Assembly: GCA_951406725.2 (NCBI GenBank)
Contig: OX597829.1
Location: forward strand, 20,026,001 to 20,090,000
Direction: 5' to 3'
Length of the DNA: 64,000 bases
DNA from: Octopus vulgaris
Lineage: Eukaryota
Shown: positions 1 through 11,173 of the stretch, in pieces
Layout of the letters: every line of letters begins with the position of its first letter
Position numbering within the stretch: the first letter of the stretch is position 1
Notes under the pieces: model-generated
The model's input: the letters and a program-made list of their open reading frames with translations, nothing else
Databases searched by the model: none
Told to the model about the DNA's origin: nothing
Translations under genes and position numbers: made by a program

Positions 1-300
1 TGTGAGGATAGGTATGAAAACCAAATTAAAAATAGCAAGTTTGGCTTTTTTGCCAAACTCTTCTCTTCTGAAAACCAAATGCTGAAACTGGAATTCAATT
101 CTAGTATTCAATTCAGCCCTTTGATTTCCATCACTCATAAATACAGCTCCGAGATACCTAAACTTTTCCACATGCTTCAGTGATGTTCCACTAACATGCA
201 GTGTGGACTGGGGAAACTTTCATGAGAAGATCAATGTCTCAGTCAATTGTAACACAAATTCTCATATCTGCCATGCAGCACTCGGCAGCAAACCCATTAT
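1..300 (-). mobile_element. degenerate RTE-like LINE reverse transcriptase fragment
   Basis: Minus strand reads ...LHVSGTSLKHVEKFRYLGAVFMSDGNQRAELNTRI...KKAKLAIFNLVFIPILT, the F-x-YLG motif and thumb region of non-LTR RT. Confidence 0.75.
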
Positions 301-1039
301 AATAGTTGATATGTTCTGTCATAAAATAAGCTAATTAAGGCTGCCTCACTGACCAAATATTGAAGTTTGACAGACACCAACATACAAGACATCTTACATT
401 CCATGAAGCTCCAAAGAACTCTATGGCGAGATAGCTTAATCAAGGTTATTTAAAAATAGCTAGTAATTAACATCATGTTTTTGATTTTTTTCACATAGAT
501 ACAAAGCTTGGTGTTAAAAGAGTAAGTGAATACAAATGAGACATGGTATTCTTGTCTTTCTCAAGAGTCATGAAAAAAAATTTTTAATGGAATTGGCTTG
601 CAACACAACCTGTACATGGCTAATTATAGAAGATAAGTTGAAAAATGAAAAAAGAAGTGAAGGACAGAGAGGAGGAAATAAAAAAGAATAAAGGAGGAGA
701 GAGATAACAGGAGGAAGAGTGGGAGAAAGGAAAATGAAGAGGAGGAGCAGAAAGAGAGGATGCAGTAAAGAGGGTGGATAAGGGAAAGACAAGGAAGATA
801 AGAAACAAGAGCATGATAATCAATGATAGAATCAGTTACTCATTCAATTACCATGAGGTACATGATTATAGAATTTATAATATATAGTGTTTAATTACAT
901 AGCAACAACTTCAACCTACAAAACCAGTATTTGTTAGTCATTTTTGATGCAACAGAGACATCAGTAACAATATATACTTTTAATCTTATTTTCATTTTTA
1001 CTATTCAACTGATAGAATCACTAAAATGTTTCAAAAAGT

Positions 1040-1470
1040 ATCTTTGTGGCATTTGGTCCGGAACCTTGTGTTCTAAGTTCAAATCTTGCTGTGGTCACCT
1101 TTGCCTTTCATTCCTCCAGGGTCAATGAAATAGAGTATCAGTTATCTACTGGAGTCAATAATATTGACTAGCCTTTACCCTCAAAATTGCCAGCCTTGTG
1201 CCTACATCATAGATTATTGTTGTTGTTGCTGTTATTAGTGTTACTATTATTAGGGTAGGAAGCTGGCAGAATTATTAGTATGTCAGATGAAATGCTTAGC
1301 AGCATTTCTTCCAGTGCTTTACATTATGAGTTCAAATATCGCCAAAGTCAACCCTGCCCTTCATCTTTTTCAGGTTATAAAATAAAGTGCCAGTCAAGTA
1401 CCGGGTCAGTATAATTGACAAACCACTGATCCTTAAAAAGATTGCTGGCCTTCTGCCAAAATTTTAGATT
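1040..1470 (+). mobile_element. two decayed tRNA-derived SINE copies (family B, Nin-domain-like)
   Basis: gagttcaaat box B followed by gcctttcat.ct..c.gg.tc.at.aaata.agt.ccag, as in other family B copies in the window. Confidence 0.7.
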
Positions 1471-1794
1471 ATTATTGAAAGAAGTTCATTGGCTAACTCA
1501 GGGTAGTTCATTTCTTTTTTTTTTTTTTTTTGGCAAAACAGATGTAGCTTAATACAGTCTTGCAGCTTACTGAATCCTGTTGAACCATTCGTTCCATACC
1601 AGGGAAAACAGACATTAAATGATACTGAAGAGTATATCTGTGTTAACCTAAAATATATTCTTTATAAGGATATATTATTTTTGCAAGATTAATAAACAAG
1701 TTTCAAGAAAAAGATAAATATAATAGCAGTGCCCTAACATTGCTCCAGCTCTTGAGCTGAAACTAGTCAAGGAATTTTATGAAAATGGTGTAGT

Positions 1795-1940
1795 AACTAG
1801 CTTGTTTACCAACCACATGGTTCCAGGTTCAGTCCCACTGCGTGGCACCTTGGGCAAGTGTCTTCTACTATAGCCTTGTGAACAAAGCCTTGTGAGTGGA
1901 TTTGGTAGACGGAAACTGAAAGAAGCCCATCGTATATATG

Positions 1941-1979
<39 letters not shown>

Positions 1980-2210
1980 ATGTTTGTGTGTCTGTATTTG
2001 TCCCCCTAGCATTGCTTGACAACCGATGCTGGTGTGTTTATGTCCCCGTTACTTAGCGGTTCGGCAAATGAGACCGATAGAATAAGTACTGGGCTTACAA
2101 AAGAATAAGTCCCGGGGTCGAGTTGCTCGATTAAAGGCGGTGCTCCAGCATGGCCGCAGTCAAATGACTGAAACAAGTAAAAGAGTAAAGGAGAGAGAGT
2201 AAAGAGTAAA
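1795..2210 (+). mobile_element. tRNA-derived SINE (family A) with internal TA/TG microsatellite
   Basis: catggttccaggttcagtcccactgcgtggcaccttgggcaagtg...gcatggccgcagtcaaatgactgaaacaagtaaaagag; about ten similar copies in the window. Confidence 0.85.
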
Positions 2211-2813
2211 TGCATTAATACTTACAACCTCGTTTATTTGCTTTCTAATATAATTTTTTCTCTTCCTTACTTTATCTTCTAGAATTTTATTCTTAAAAAC
2301 AAAACAAAAACAAAGAGAATAAACAATCAATTATGAAAAATATTAATGTGATGTATATACATATAAGTAAGTGTATATGCATAAATACACACGCATACAC
2401 AGACATATACATACACAAACTAGGCTCTGGTGAGACTGCATACTGAGAAAGCATCAAGTAGAGACATAATAGTCAGCTATTAATACAAGATCTTCAATCC
2501 AGAGAATATCACACGTGTGTTTAAAAGAAAAACAGAAAGCCAAACTGAGATACAAAACTGGTTTGCCATGAACCTGAACAAATCTTGTAACCAAGAAAGT
2601 GAAGCAGTAACTCGGCAGAAAAAAAATATAGGTTACTAACACCAGCCGTTTAAATTAACTCCTTCAAGTCTAATTTAATGTCAGTTCAACACAGTAGTGA
2701 CTATTGAATAATCAGGTCGATTGAACAGGATGTAGGGATGTTCTGAAAAACTTTCAATTAACAAAGCTAAGTTGTCTGAACAAAAACAAAGTGCAGACAC
2801 ACACACACACACA

Positions 2814-3035
2814 CAGGGTTGGCCAAAAGTCAGCTGACAGTAAATCAAAACCATCTAATTCAAAGATCTTATTTATGTTTCACAACTAAATGAATTTAAT
2901 AAAAGCATCTAAATATGAAACAGCATGAAAATTGTTCAAACTGAAGTCCTTCATAATCGGAATGAATAAATAAAATTGAATATTAAGTGTTTATGGAATT
3001 TTGATTTACTGTCGGGTGACTCTTGGCCAACCCTG
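2814..3035. mobile_element. Tc1/mariner-like MITE
   Basis: TIRs cagggttggccaaaagtcagctgacagtaaatcaaaa / ttttgatttactgtcgggtgactcttggccaaccctg, followed by TA. Confidence 0.75.
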
Positions 3036-3430
3036 TATATAAAGCACAGATGTGGTTGTGTGGTAAGAAGTTTGCTTCCCAATCACATGATTTCAGGTTC
3101 AGTCCCACTGCATGGCAATATCTTCTACTATAGTCCCAAAGCATTGTTAGTGGATGTGGCAAATTGAAATTGAAAGAAGCCTGTTGTATGTGTGTGTGTG
3201 AGAGAGAAAGACCATGATGTTCTAGTGATCTGATATCCTAGCTTTCTTTATCTGCACTGATTTGTGAATATACAATTACATTGTATAATGCATAGCAATC
3301 ATATTAATGCAGACATATATGTATAATTTATTACACATGAAAATCATTATTACAAGAAGAAGGCAGGAAAATGGGTGTAATTCTTATGGCTAATATCAAG
3401 TGGTTAAATAACTATATTCACTTCTCATAC

Positions 3431-3563
3431 CTCCTGACTTTTTATGGTTTATATAGTCCTCATTAAATAATTTCATTGATTGGATCTTCATGGAACTTTG
3501 CATTACACTCCTCTGTATTGGATTCCTATGTGCTTTGTTAGCAGAGTCTGCTGGAGGAGCTTT
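3431..3563 (-). CDS. candidate GCN2 coding exon 5 (low-conservation linker)
   Basis: tcacag|KAPPADSANKAHRNPIQRSVMQSSMKIQSMKLFNEDYINHKKSG+G|gtatga; open in the phase required by exon 4. The acceptor is weak and I recognise no motif. Confidence 0.3.
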
Positions 3564-3638
3564 CTGTGATAGCCACATGATTCTATGAATCCATACATTA
3601 CACAACAAAATTTATATATACATATACACACATATAGG

Positions 3639-3686
<48 letters not shown>

Positions 3687-3776
3687 TATGTATATATACA
3701 CACAAATATATTTAGATATAGATATGTACACACATACACACACGCAGAGACACTGATATGTACACACACACACACA

Positions 3777-4010
3777 CATCATCATCATCATTTAACGTCC
3801 ACTTTCCATGCTAGCATGGGTTGGATGATTTGACTGAGGCCTGGCGAACCAGATGGCTGCACCAGGCTTCAATCTTGATCTGGCAGAGTTTCTACAGCTG
3901 GATGCCCTTCCTAATGCCAACCACTCCGAGAGTGTAGTGGGTGCTTTTACGTGCCACCGGCACGAGGGCCAGTCAGGCGGTACTGGCAATGGCCACGGAA
4001 AAATTGTGTT
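3777..4010 (-). mobile_element. RTE-LINE 3' tail copy with (GAT)n end
   Basis: catcatcatcatttaacgtcc.ctttccatgctagcatgggttgga...; same tail as the RTE copy at 27990-28882. Confidence 0.8.
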
Positions 4011-4221
4011 TTTTTTTACGTCTCACCTGCACAAGTGCCAACACACACATATATGAAGAGAGTGAGAGAGACAATGACACAGATACAAACACATGCATGT
4101 ACATTCACATGCACGCATACACACACACTCATAAATATTTATATTTAGTCACTCTTTGGAACAGTCACATTAGACATTAATATAAGTAAAACAGAAAATA
4201 TACATAAATACATAGGCTTAC

Positions 4222-4395
4222 AAATTTTTCTTCTTGTAACCGATTATTAGCCAATTTCTTTTGTTCTTCAGAGTCTTTGAATTTTTGTTGTATCTGTTGG
4301 TTCCACAACATTTCTTCATGAAAAGATTTTGGCTTTTTTGTGTTGAATTGTCTTAAACTATCTTGAAGATGAAGTGCCAAATTCAACACCATCAC
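4222..4395 (-). CDS. EIF2AK4: GCN2 coding exon 4 (RWD end, start of charged coiled-coil linker)
   Basis: atcag|VMVLNLALHLQDSLRQFNTKKPKSFHEEMLWNQQIQQKFKDSEEQKKLANNRLQEEKF|gtaagc; 174 nt, phase 0 to 0. GE|VM...PKSFHEEML is characteristic of GCN2. Confidence 0.92.
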
Positions 4396-4598
4396 CTGAT
4401 ATTAAAATATATAAAACTAATCATTGAGACAGGCAAAATTACAGTTCATGATTATGTTATACCCTAACCTACCTAGTCAATTTAGTTGCATAACTAAGCA
4501 TTCATAAATTTCTTGTGCCATGAACAACAGTCTGGAAATCCACACAACATACAACACCTTTCTAGAATACTTACTTCATGCACCTGATCTCGCGTTTC

Positions 4599-5332
4599 GG
4601 CTCTTTACCTTTTGACCGACAGATTTAAAAAATAATCTTTTGTAACTAAGCACTTTCAAACTTCGTATACTGGTAGAATGTGTCACATAAAACATCTTTT
4701 ACTCTTGTCATTGTTGAGAAAATTCTGTATTTTGGAAGTTATTTTTTGTTAAAGTTGTCATGTTTCGGTAATTTCAACCAATCAATGACGTGTATTCAGC
4801 TGAATAAAATTACTGCTGTTGTTTGTCAACAACAACTATCGGCAGTGTATATTTCGTTTGTCACTGTTCATCTCAGTTATGTTTGTATGAATAAACAAGT
4901 GTGTCTGAAGCATGTTTACTTCATGGCACCACCATAATCGTTTGTGCTTCATTTTTCATTTTTTTCCGTAACTCTAACCCTAAAACCCCAACACTAACCT
5001 TAACCCTAACCCTAAAACTTTAAAGCTATAGCCAGTACAAAAGCACAAATGATGTCATAAATAACAGTGACAAACAAAAAATACACTGCCGATAGTTGTT
5101 GTTGACAAACAATGACAGTAATTTTATTCAGCTGAATACACATCTTGATTGGTTGAAATTACTGAAATACGACAACCTTAACAAAATATAGCTTCCAAAA
5201 TACAGAATTTTTTTAACAACACCAAGAGTAATAAGATGTTTTATGAGACACATTCTACAAGAGTACGAAGTCTGAAAGTGTTTAGTTACAAAAGATTATT
5301 TTTTAAATCTGTCAATCAAAAGGTAAAAATCC
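4599..5332. mobile_element. foldback DNA element with GG-initiated long TIRs and 8-bp TSD (Merlin-like)
   Basis: About 270-bp inverted arms (ggctctttaccttttgaccgacag... / ...ctgtcaatcaaaaggtaaaaatcc); TSD cgcgtttc / cacgtttc; CCCTAA-like repeats at about 4970-5018. Confidence 0.85.
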
Positions 5333-5399
5333 CACGTTTCATTTATTAGTTTAGTCTAAAAGAAGATTCAATGCCTATGAACTTTACAGGTTCACTGAA

Positions 5400-5800
5400 A
5401 CTGGTGAAGTCTATACAGTTGACATTCAGATTTAACATCTGTAAGTGAACGTCTACATGAAAAATACCAGTGAAGAGTAAATTTCTGATTGTTGGCATTC
5501 TGGAGAAAGAAGGTTTAGCCTTAGTGATTTGTGCACAACCTGATAAGTAGTAGGAATGATACAGAGAGGAGAAACAGATGTGCTTTATCAACCTGGGTGG
5601 AGATGGTATTCAAAATGTTAATTCAGAGGACAAGCCATAGCAGTAGTGATAGAATGGCAGAGCAAGGAAACATATGTCTGTGAGCCAGAGGTTACAGTTT
5701 TTTGATGAGTGAGACTTTGCCTATCAGTCAAGTGGCTTCTTTTGGATGTAGTCTGGAAAGTTTGTGTGTAAAGCAGCAACACAAGCCTGAGTATGGGAGT
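5400..5800 (-). mobile_element. decayed CR1/Jockey-group LINE 3' end
   Basis: Minus-strand fragments DYIQKK, PLAHRH, FYHYCYG..SEL and QM...NVN.IDF resemble a CR1-type ORF2 C-terminus; frameshifted. Confidence 0.5.
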
Positions 5801-6514
5801 AGTACTCCATTGTTGTTACTACTTGAACTCTGTAGACAATCAACAGCTAATTAGATCTAAGAAACTGTCCGGACCTGAAGAAAAAGACTAGTCTTTGGAA
5901 GGGGATCACCAAGATACATTATGAGACCTATCATTTGTTGACTTTGATAGATTTAAGTGTGCATCATCCAAGACTACAGAGGGAAAGGTACAAGACTGTT
6001 TCCTTGGTATGAACAGTGATTGTGTTTCTGTGCTCTCTATCAGTGTGTTAATATACATAAAATTTAATCAGCACCTTGGGGGTTAAAGACAAAAATTTAT
6101 AAATAGCTATTTATTTATCTCTCTAAACTAGCTTAGGTACATTGAATTCAGTTACACCAGATTTCTCTAAAATACCTTTAAGATAACTTCAGTCAATAAT
6201 AATTTTAATTTTGTGGTTACTGTTACCATAAATTCCTTAAATGTTTGTTATTTACACATACACATAAGATTTAGATATATGTTAAGTGTCATAAATGCCA
6301 CCATAGAAATTACAAGAAATATATTAACATTAATTACACAAGGACTTGTATGCCAGAATAATTGTCTTATTAACTTATTTCAAAATCAAAAACTCAGTTT
6401 TCTTAACCAATCATTTAACCTCTCTGAAATTACAACTCAGTATTTTAGCAATACTCTCAGTTATCAGAATTTTTAGATATAGTTTCTGAGAGATTGCTGA
6501 GAACACTCTGTTAA

Positions 6515-6734
6515 CCCCTTAACATTTAAACCAATCATATCTGGCCAAAATATTCTACATGTTTTATGTTCAAACTGCCCAGAATTAGTCTTTCATGCCT
6601 ATCCTACAATATCATTCTAAAAATAAACAATCACAACATCAAAATCTTGAAGCTACAAGACAATTCATAATTAATTCCAAATAATGTGAATAAATAAACA
6701 GTACATTTGACTGACTAATTTGAATACTAAAGGG
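6515..6734. mobile_element. piggyBac-like MITE
   Basis: ttaa|ccccttaacattt ... gaatactaaaggg|ttaa: TTAA TSD and CCC/GGG termini. Confidence 0.75.
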
Positions 6735-6909
6735 TTAATGGAACAAATTATATTTATGAAGACTGCTTACAATGAAAGAAATAACAGAAAATGTAACAAG
6801 AAAGATTCAGAATACAAAGGAAGAATTTAAAAAAGAAAAGACAAATTTATTAAAATGCAATCTACCACTACAAAATCAGCTTGTTTTAAAACAAATTATT
6901 GTTACTTAC

Positions 6910-7012
6910 TTCACCGACTTTGGTTTTAGCTAATTGTACAAGATCATTTTTCAGAGTTTCTATTTTTTCTAAAGATATTCCTTTGACATTTTCAAGTTCA
7001 ATCTTTGGTATT
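6910..7012 (-). CDS. EIF2AK4: GCN2 coding exon 3
   Basis: ctttag|A+IPKIELENVKGISLEKIETLKNDLVQLAKTKVGE|gtaagt; 103 nt, phase 2 to 0. Resembles vertebrate GCN2 VPEIELKNAKGLS...LAKKHCGE (from recall). Confidence 0.92.
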
Positions 7013-7634
7013 CTAAAGATGAACAAAAATTATATTTTAAAGACCTATTCACAATCTGTTTTATTAGTAACAGTTAATATAATAATAACATTGCTAAAAT
7101 AGCAACCAATTAAAATTTGAACAAATCTCAATTCATATTTAATTCCAGACAACTTTTCAGAAAATTTCTGATTAGCTCACATGCAAGTGTATTGAGCTGT
7201 TATTATCACTGTCATTTTTCCATCCATTTTTTTTCCATCAAGAAATGAGCTGAATGCATTTAATACATCTTACCATTTACTACTGTCATTGCTATTTGGC
7301 ATACACAGCAACCTAAACTTTATTGACCTGTACATCCAATAGCATAAACAGGATGCATTTTACTGTGCCACTAGCAGTGGACTGTTTGCAGCAAGACTAA
7401 AGAGTCATGCCTAGCCCATATCAGTTACTTGCAGTTATTACTCTTCTGGATGGTTAGCCTGCAGTTGTGGTTTTTGTCTCTCTCAAATGTTAAATTTTTG
7501 GCATGTTTTTTCCAGTTAAATATATGCATGTTGCTTAAGCCAACAAGGTTATACTATTCTATATTTTCAAGATAAGGAATTATGTACATAATTTACATTA
7601 GTCAAATAAAGGGTTGGGTTCAAAATTCCACCAG

Positions 7635-7680
7635 AACACCTGATGAAGACTGGAGAGTACATCAGCCGAAACATTGTGAT
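7635..7680 (+). ncRNA. degenerate minimal type-I hammerhead ribozyme motif
   Basis: aacac CTGATGA a gactg-gagagtacat-cagcc GAAA catt gtgat: core present. Stem II has one mismatch, and stem III looks like a CpG-decayed AACGTT palindrome. Confidence 0.55.
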
Positions 7681-7782
7681 AACAAACAAGATGAGGACAA
7701 CTGTCCATCCATTGTAAATAATGTATCAACAAAGTAATTTCACACTCAATTGTCTTAAAAAGGCACCAAGATACCACTAAAC

Positions 7783-9069
7783 TAGTGGTTGTCAAACGAG
7801 GTCGACATGACCTTTAAGGGTCTATATAAGATTTAGTTTTTAAAATATATGAACAATAAATTGCTTATACATCTACAATACACAACAATTTTTTTTTACA
7901 ATCATCATCATCCTTTAACATTTGTTTTCCATGCTAACATAGGTGGGACAGTTTAAGTGAGAGAGTTGCACCAGGTTCCAGTCTCATATGGCTTGGTTTC
8001 TACAGCTGGATGCCCTTCCTAGTGCCAACCACTTTATAGTGTGTACTGAGTGCTAGAGCTGGTAAGCTGGAGAGCTGCACCAGGTTCCAGTCTCATTTGG
8101 CTTGGTTACTACAGCTTGATGCCCTTCCTAATGCCAACCACTTTATAGTGTGTACTGAGTGCTAGAAGTGGCAAGCTGGAGAGCTGCACAAGGTTCCAGT
8201 CTGATTTGGCTTGGTTTCTACAGCTGGATGCCCTTCCTAGTGCCAACCACTTTATAGTGTGTGCTGAGTGCTAGAGGTGGCAAGCTGGAGAGCTGCACCA
8301 GGTTCCAATCTGATTTGGCTTGGTTTCTACAGCTGGATGCCCTTCCTAGTGCCAACCACTTTATAGTGTGTGCTGAGTGCTAGAGGTGGCAAGCTGGAGA
8401 GCTGCACCAGGTTCCAATCTGATTTGGCTTGGTTTCTACAGCTGGATGCCCTTCCTAGTGCCAACCACTTTATAGTGTGTGCTGAGTGCTAGAGGTGGCA
8501 AGCTGGAGAGCTGCACCAGGTTCCAATCTGATTTGGCTTGGTTTCTACAGCTGGATGCCCTTCCTAGTGCCAACCACTTTCTAGTGTGTACTGAGTGCTA
8601 GAGCTGGTAAGCTGGAGAGCTGCACCAGGTTCCAATCTGATTTGGCTTGGTTTCTACAGCTGGATGCCCTTCCTAGTGCCAAACACTTTATAGTGTGTAC
8701 TGAGTGCTAGAGTTAGAAAGCTGGAGAGCTGCACCAGGTTCCAGTCTGATTTGGCTTGGTTTCTACAGCTGGATGCCCTTCCTAGTGCCAACCACTTTAT
8801 AGTGTGTGCTGAGTGCTAGAGCTGGCATGATGGAGAGCTGCACCAGGTTCCAATCTGATTTGGCTTGGTTTCTACAGCTGGATGCCCTTCCTAGTGCCAA
8901 CCACTTTACAGTATTCTTGGGTGCTTTTAATGTTGCACAATATCATTATATTTAATTATAAAAATATAATAGGATTTTTTAAACATTAAAAGGCTCAGAG
9001 GGAATTCATTAGAATAAACTAGGGGTTAAAATAGTCCACATGTAAAAAATATATAGTTGAGAAACACTG
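7783..9069. mobile_element. hAT-like MITE hosting an RTE-tail insertion
   Basis: Termini tagtggttgtcaa / ttgagaaacactg; imperfect 8-bp TSD cactaaac / cagtaagc. Confidence 0.55.
7960..8930 (-). repeat. 109-bp tandem array (about 9 units) derived from the RTE 3' tail
   Basis: Unit starts at 7960, 8069, 8178, 8287, 8396, 8505, 8614, 8723 and 8832. Each contains tttctacagctggatgcccttccta.tgccaaccact from the RTE tail; preceded by atcatcatcatcctttaac. Confidence 0.95.
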
Positions 9070-9973
9070 CAGTAAGCAGATGGGAGAGTCATTACAGAAA
9101 TTCTTTTGATTATTGATCTGTTTGATCAAGGTTGACCCAGGGTAAACAGCAACAGGTACTAATGAAGAAGATTTTCATGAAGACATTACTAGCAAATTTT
9201 GGGATTTACAAATTTGTTGAGTGAGACAGTTGTTTCTAAATAACAGTTGATGGATAGTAATGAAACATTTTTCTCAATTAAATTAATGAACTATCTTTTC
9301 AATTAATGGTATTAATTTCTAACAATTTGTTAAACTGAAATAAATGAATTTCTTGAAATTGAAAGTGTGTGTCGTAAGAAGCTTGCTTCCCAACTACATG
9401 GCTCCAGGATCAACCCCAATGTGTGGCACCTCAGGCAAGTGTCTTATTCCATAGCCTTAGGCCTACTAAAGTTAATTTGCTTCAGTCATTAGACTACAGG
9501 TTTGTTGGGACACCACCATGGAAAGCTAATGCCGGTGTTGGCTGGGGAGATGAACCTGGATCAACTGCTTGGAAGGTAACCATGCTAACTGTTACGTATG
9601 TTTATTTTTTTTCCTTAAACCTCACAAGTAGTATATGCAGCCCTCCCGTTGTGACTACCACCTCTTGTCTTTATTTTCCATTTCAGGTATTTCCAAAGCA
9701 CACTATAATTAAACAAGCCATTGAAGGAGCCTCCATAAAGTCATTCCTCCTGCTAGAAATAACAGCCAGTTCTCCTTCAAGATGGGATAAAAAGTGGAAC
9801 ACATTTATTGGTGTTATCTAAGGGAAACTAATAAGGTAAGATGGTCACAGATAGAATGCATTTTATCACAGACCTATTCAATCTCAACTGACCTGGTGCA
9901 ACACAAAAACAATAGCCGTCATTTAATTCCACCTTAATCACAGCAATTTCATTTATCTCACATTCAATGTATA

Positions 9974-10492
9974 TCTTTATATATAAAAGAGAGGTTGTGT
10001 GCTGTCTGCCTCTTACGATTTAGATTCCTAACTACTCCCACATTTTGCGGTGCAGTTTAACCAAAATCGGGTATCTTATAGTCGTGATTCATATCGAGCC
10101 CTTCTGGGTATTAGCGCACGTCTATGATGAGTCTATGATTTAGACTCCTAACTACTCCCACATTTTGCAGTGCAGTTTAACCAAAACCGGGTATCTTATA
10201 GTCGTGATTCATATCGAGCCCTTCTGGGTATTAGTGCACATCTACGATGAGTCTACGATTTTTAAAAAAATTTACCATCAATTTTTCCCATTTTTTAATG
10301 CATTTTTGGCATATATAAGGGAAGTAACTTTCTAAAAATTTATTATTAAATCTCAGAACGTAAAATGCTACAGTAACACCCCCCCCCTTTCTGGTTAGCC
10401 ATATTGAGATGGCTATTATACTTTACATCTCTAAAAATGCTTATATAGTTATTTCCCTTACAAACCCGAGCAACGCCAGGCGATACTGCTAG
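9974..10492 (+). mobile_element. non-autonomous Helitron with internal 120-bp tandem duplication
   Basis: a|TCtttatatataaaa ... cccgagcaacgccaggc hairpin-gatactgCTAG|t, inserted in an AT dinucleotide; two 120-bp units at about 10016-10260. Confidence 0.85.
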
Positions 10493-10592
10493 TTATACTA
10501 TACAACTAATATACAAACACTCAATACTCAGTCTAAAACATATGGTAATTTTCAGCTCATAACTTGCATCTTTCTCATTCCTTTTTTTACAA

Positions 10593-10644
10593 TAGTTTTA
10601 AATAAACCGAATGTGATATATCACATTCGGTTTATTTAAAACTA
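10593..10644. repeat. perfect 52-bp palindrome
   Basis: tagttttaaataaaccgaatgtgata|tatcacattcggtttatttaaaacta, with no spacer and no mismatch. Confidence 0.95.
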
Positions 10645-10765
10645 CAGTAAAATTTGGACAGTTTTTTGTTTTGTTTTTCTTTTTGTTTGTTTTTTTGTTT
10701 TTTTTTCTAAAAAGAAATGTCATTAACATTATAAACTGGAAGGAGATATTTCTCTGTTTACAAAC

Positions 10766-10872
10766 CTGTATGGATACCCTTCATTATACTGGATTATCAT
10801 ATGAACACGGACATGTTCACACCAATCATCATTATCTCTTTCAGGTCTCAATGACAGTTTAAAATGTGGAAA
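10766..10872 (-). CDS. EIF2AK4: GCN2 coding exon 2 (RWD, YPxxxP motif)
   Basis: tttcag|FPHFKLSLRPERDNDDWCEHVRVHMIIQYNEGYPY+AG|gtttgt; 107 nt, phase 0 to 2. Joined to the next exon it gives the RWD signature YPYRIP. Confidence 0.85.
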
Positions 10873-10944
10873 CTGAAATTTAATGAAAAAAAAGCTGATA
10901 AAATTTAACAAAATCATTGATATTTTAGCTGAAAAATGCAGATA

Positions 10945-11173
10945 CTTATTTCTTTACTACCCACAAGGGGCTAAACACAGAGAGGACAAACAAGGACAGA
11001 CAAACAGATTAAGTGATTACATCGACCCCAGTGCGTAACTGGTACTTAATTTATCGACCCCCAAAAGGATGAAAGGCAAAGTCGACCTCAGCGGAATTTG
11101 AACTCAGAAAGTAATAGCAGACGAAAAATCGCTAAGCATTTCGCCCAGCGTGCTAACGTTTCTGCCAGCTCGC
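10945..11173 (-). mobile_element. tRNA-derived SINE (family B)
   Basis: Minus strand: gcgagctggcagaaacgttagcacg...gagttcaaattccgc.gaggtcgactttgcctttcatcc...aagaaataa. Confidence 0.85.

Noticed and set aside
568-823. Hydrophobic L/F/S/P-rich ORFs (also 42105-43027 and 54211-54897)
   Set aside because: They are the antisense of GA-rich low-complexity tracts, with no splice or homology support.
7960-8930. CRISPR-like regular array (also 35931-36365)
   Set aside because: The units are wholly repeated with no unique spacers, there are no cas genes, the context is eukaryotic, and both arrays derive from the RTE 3' tail.
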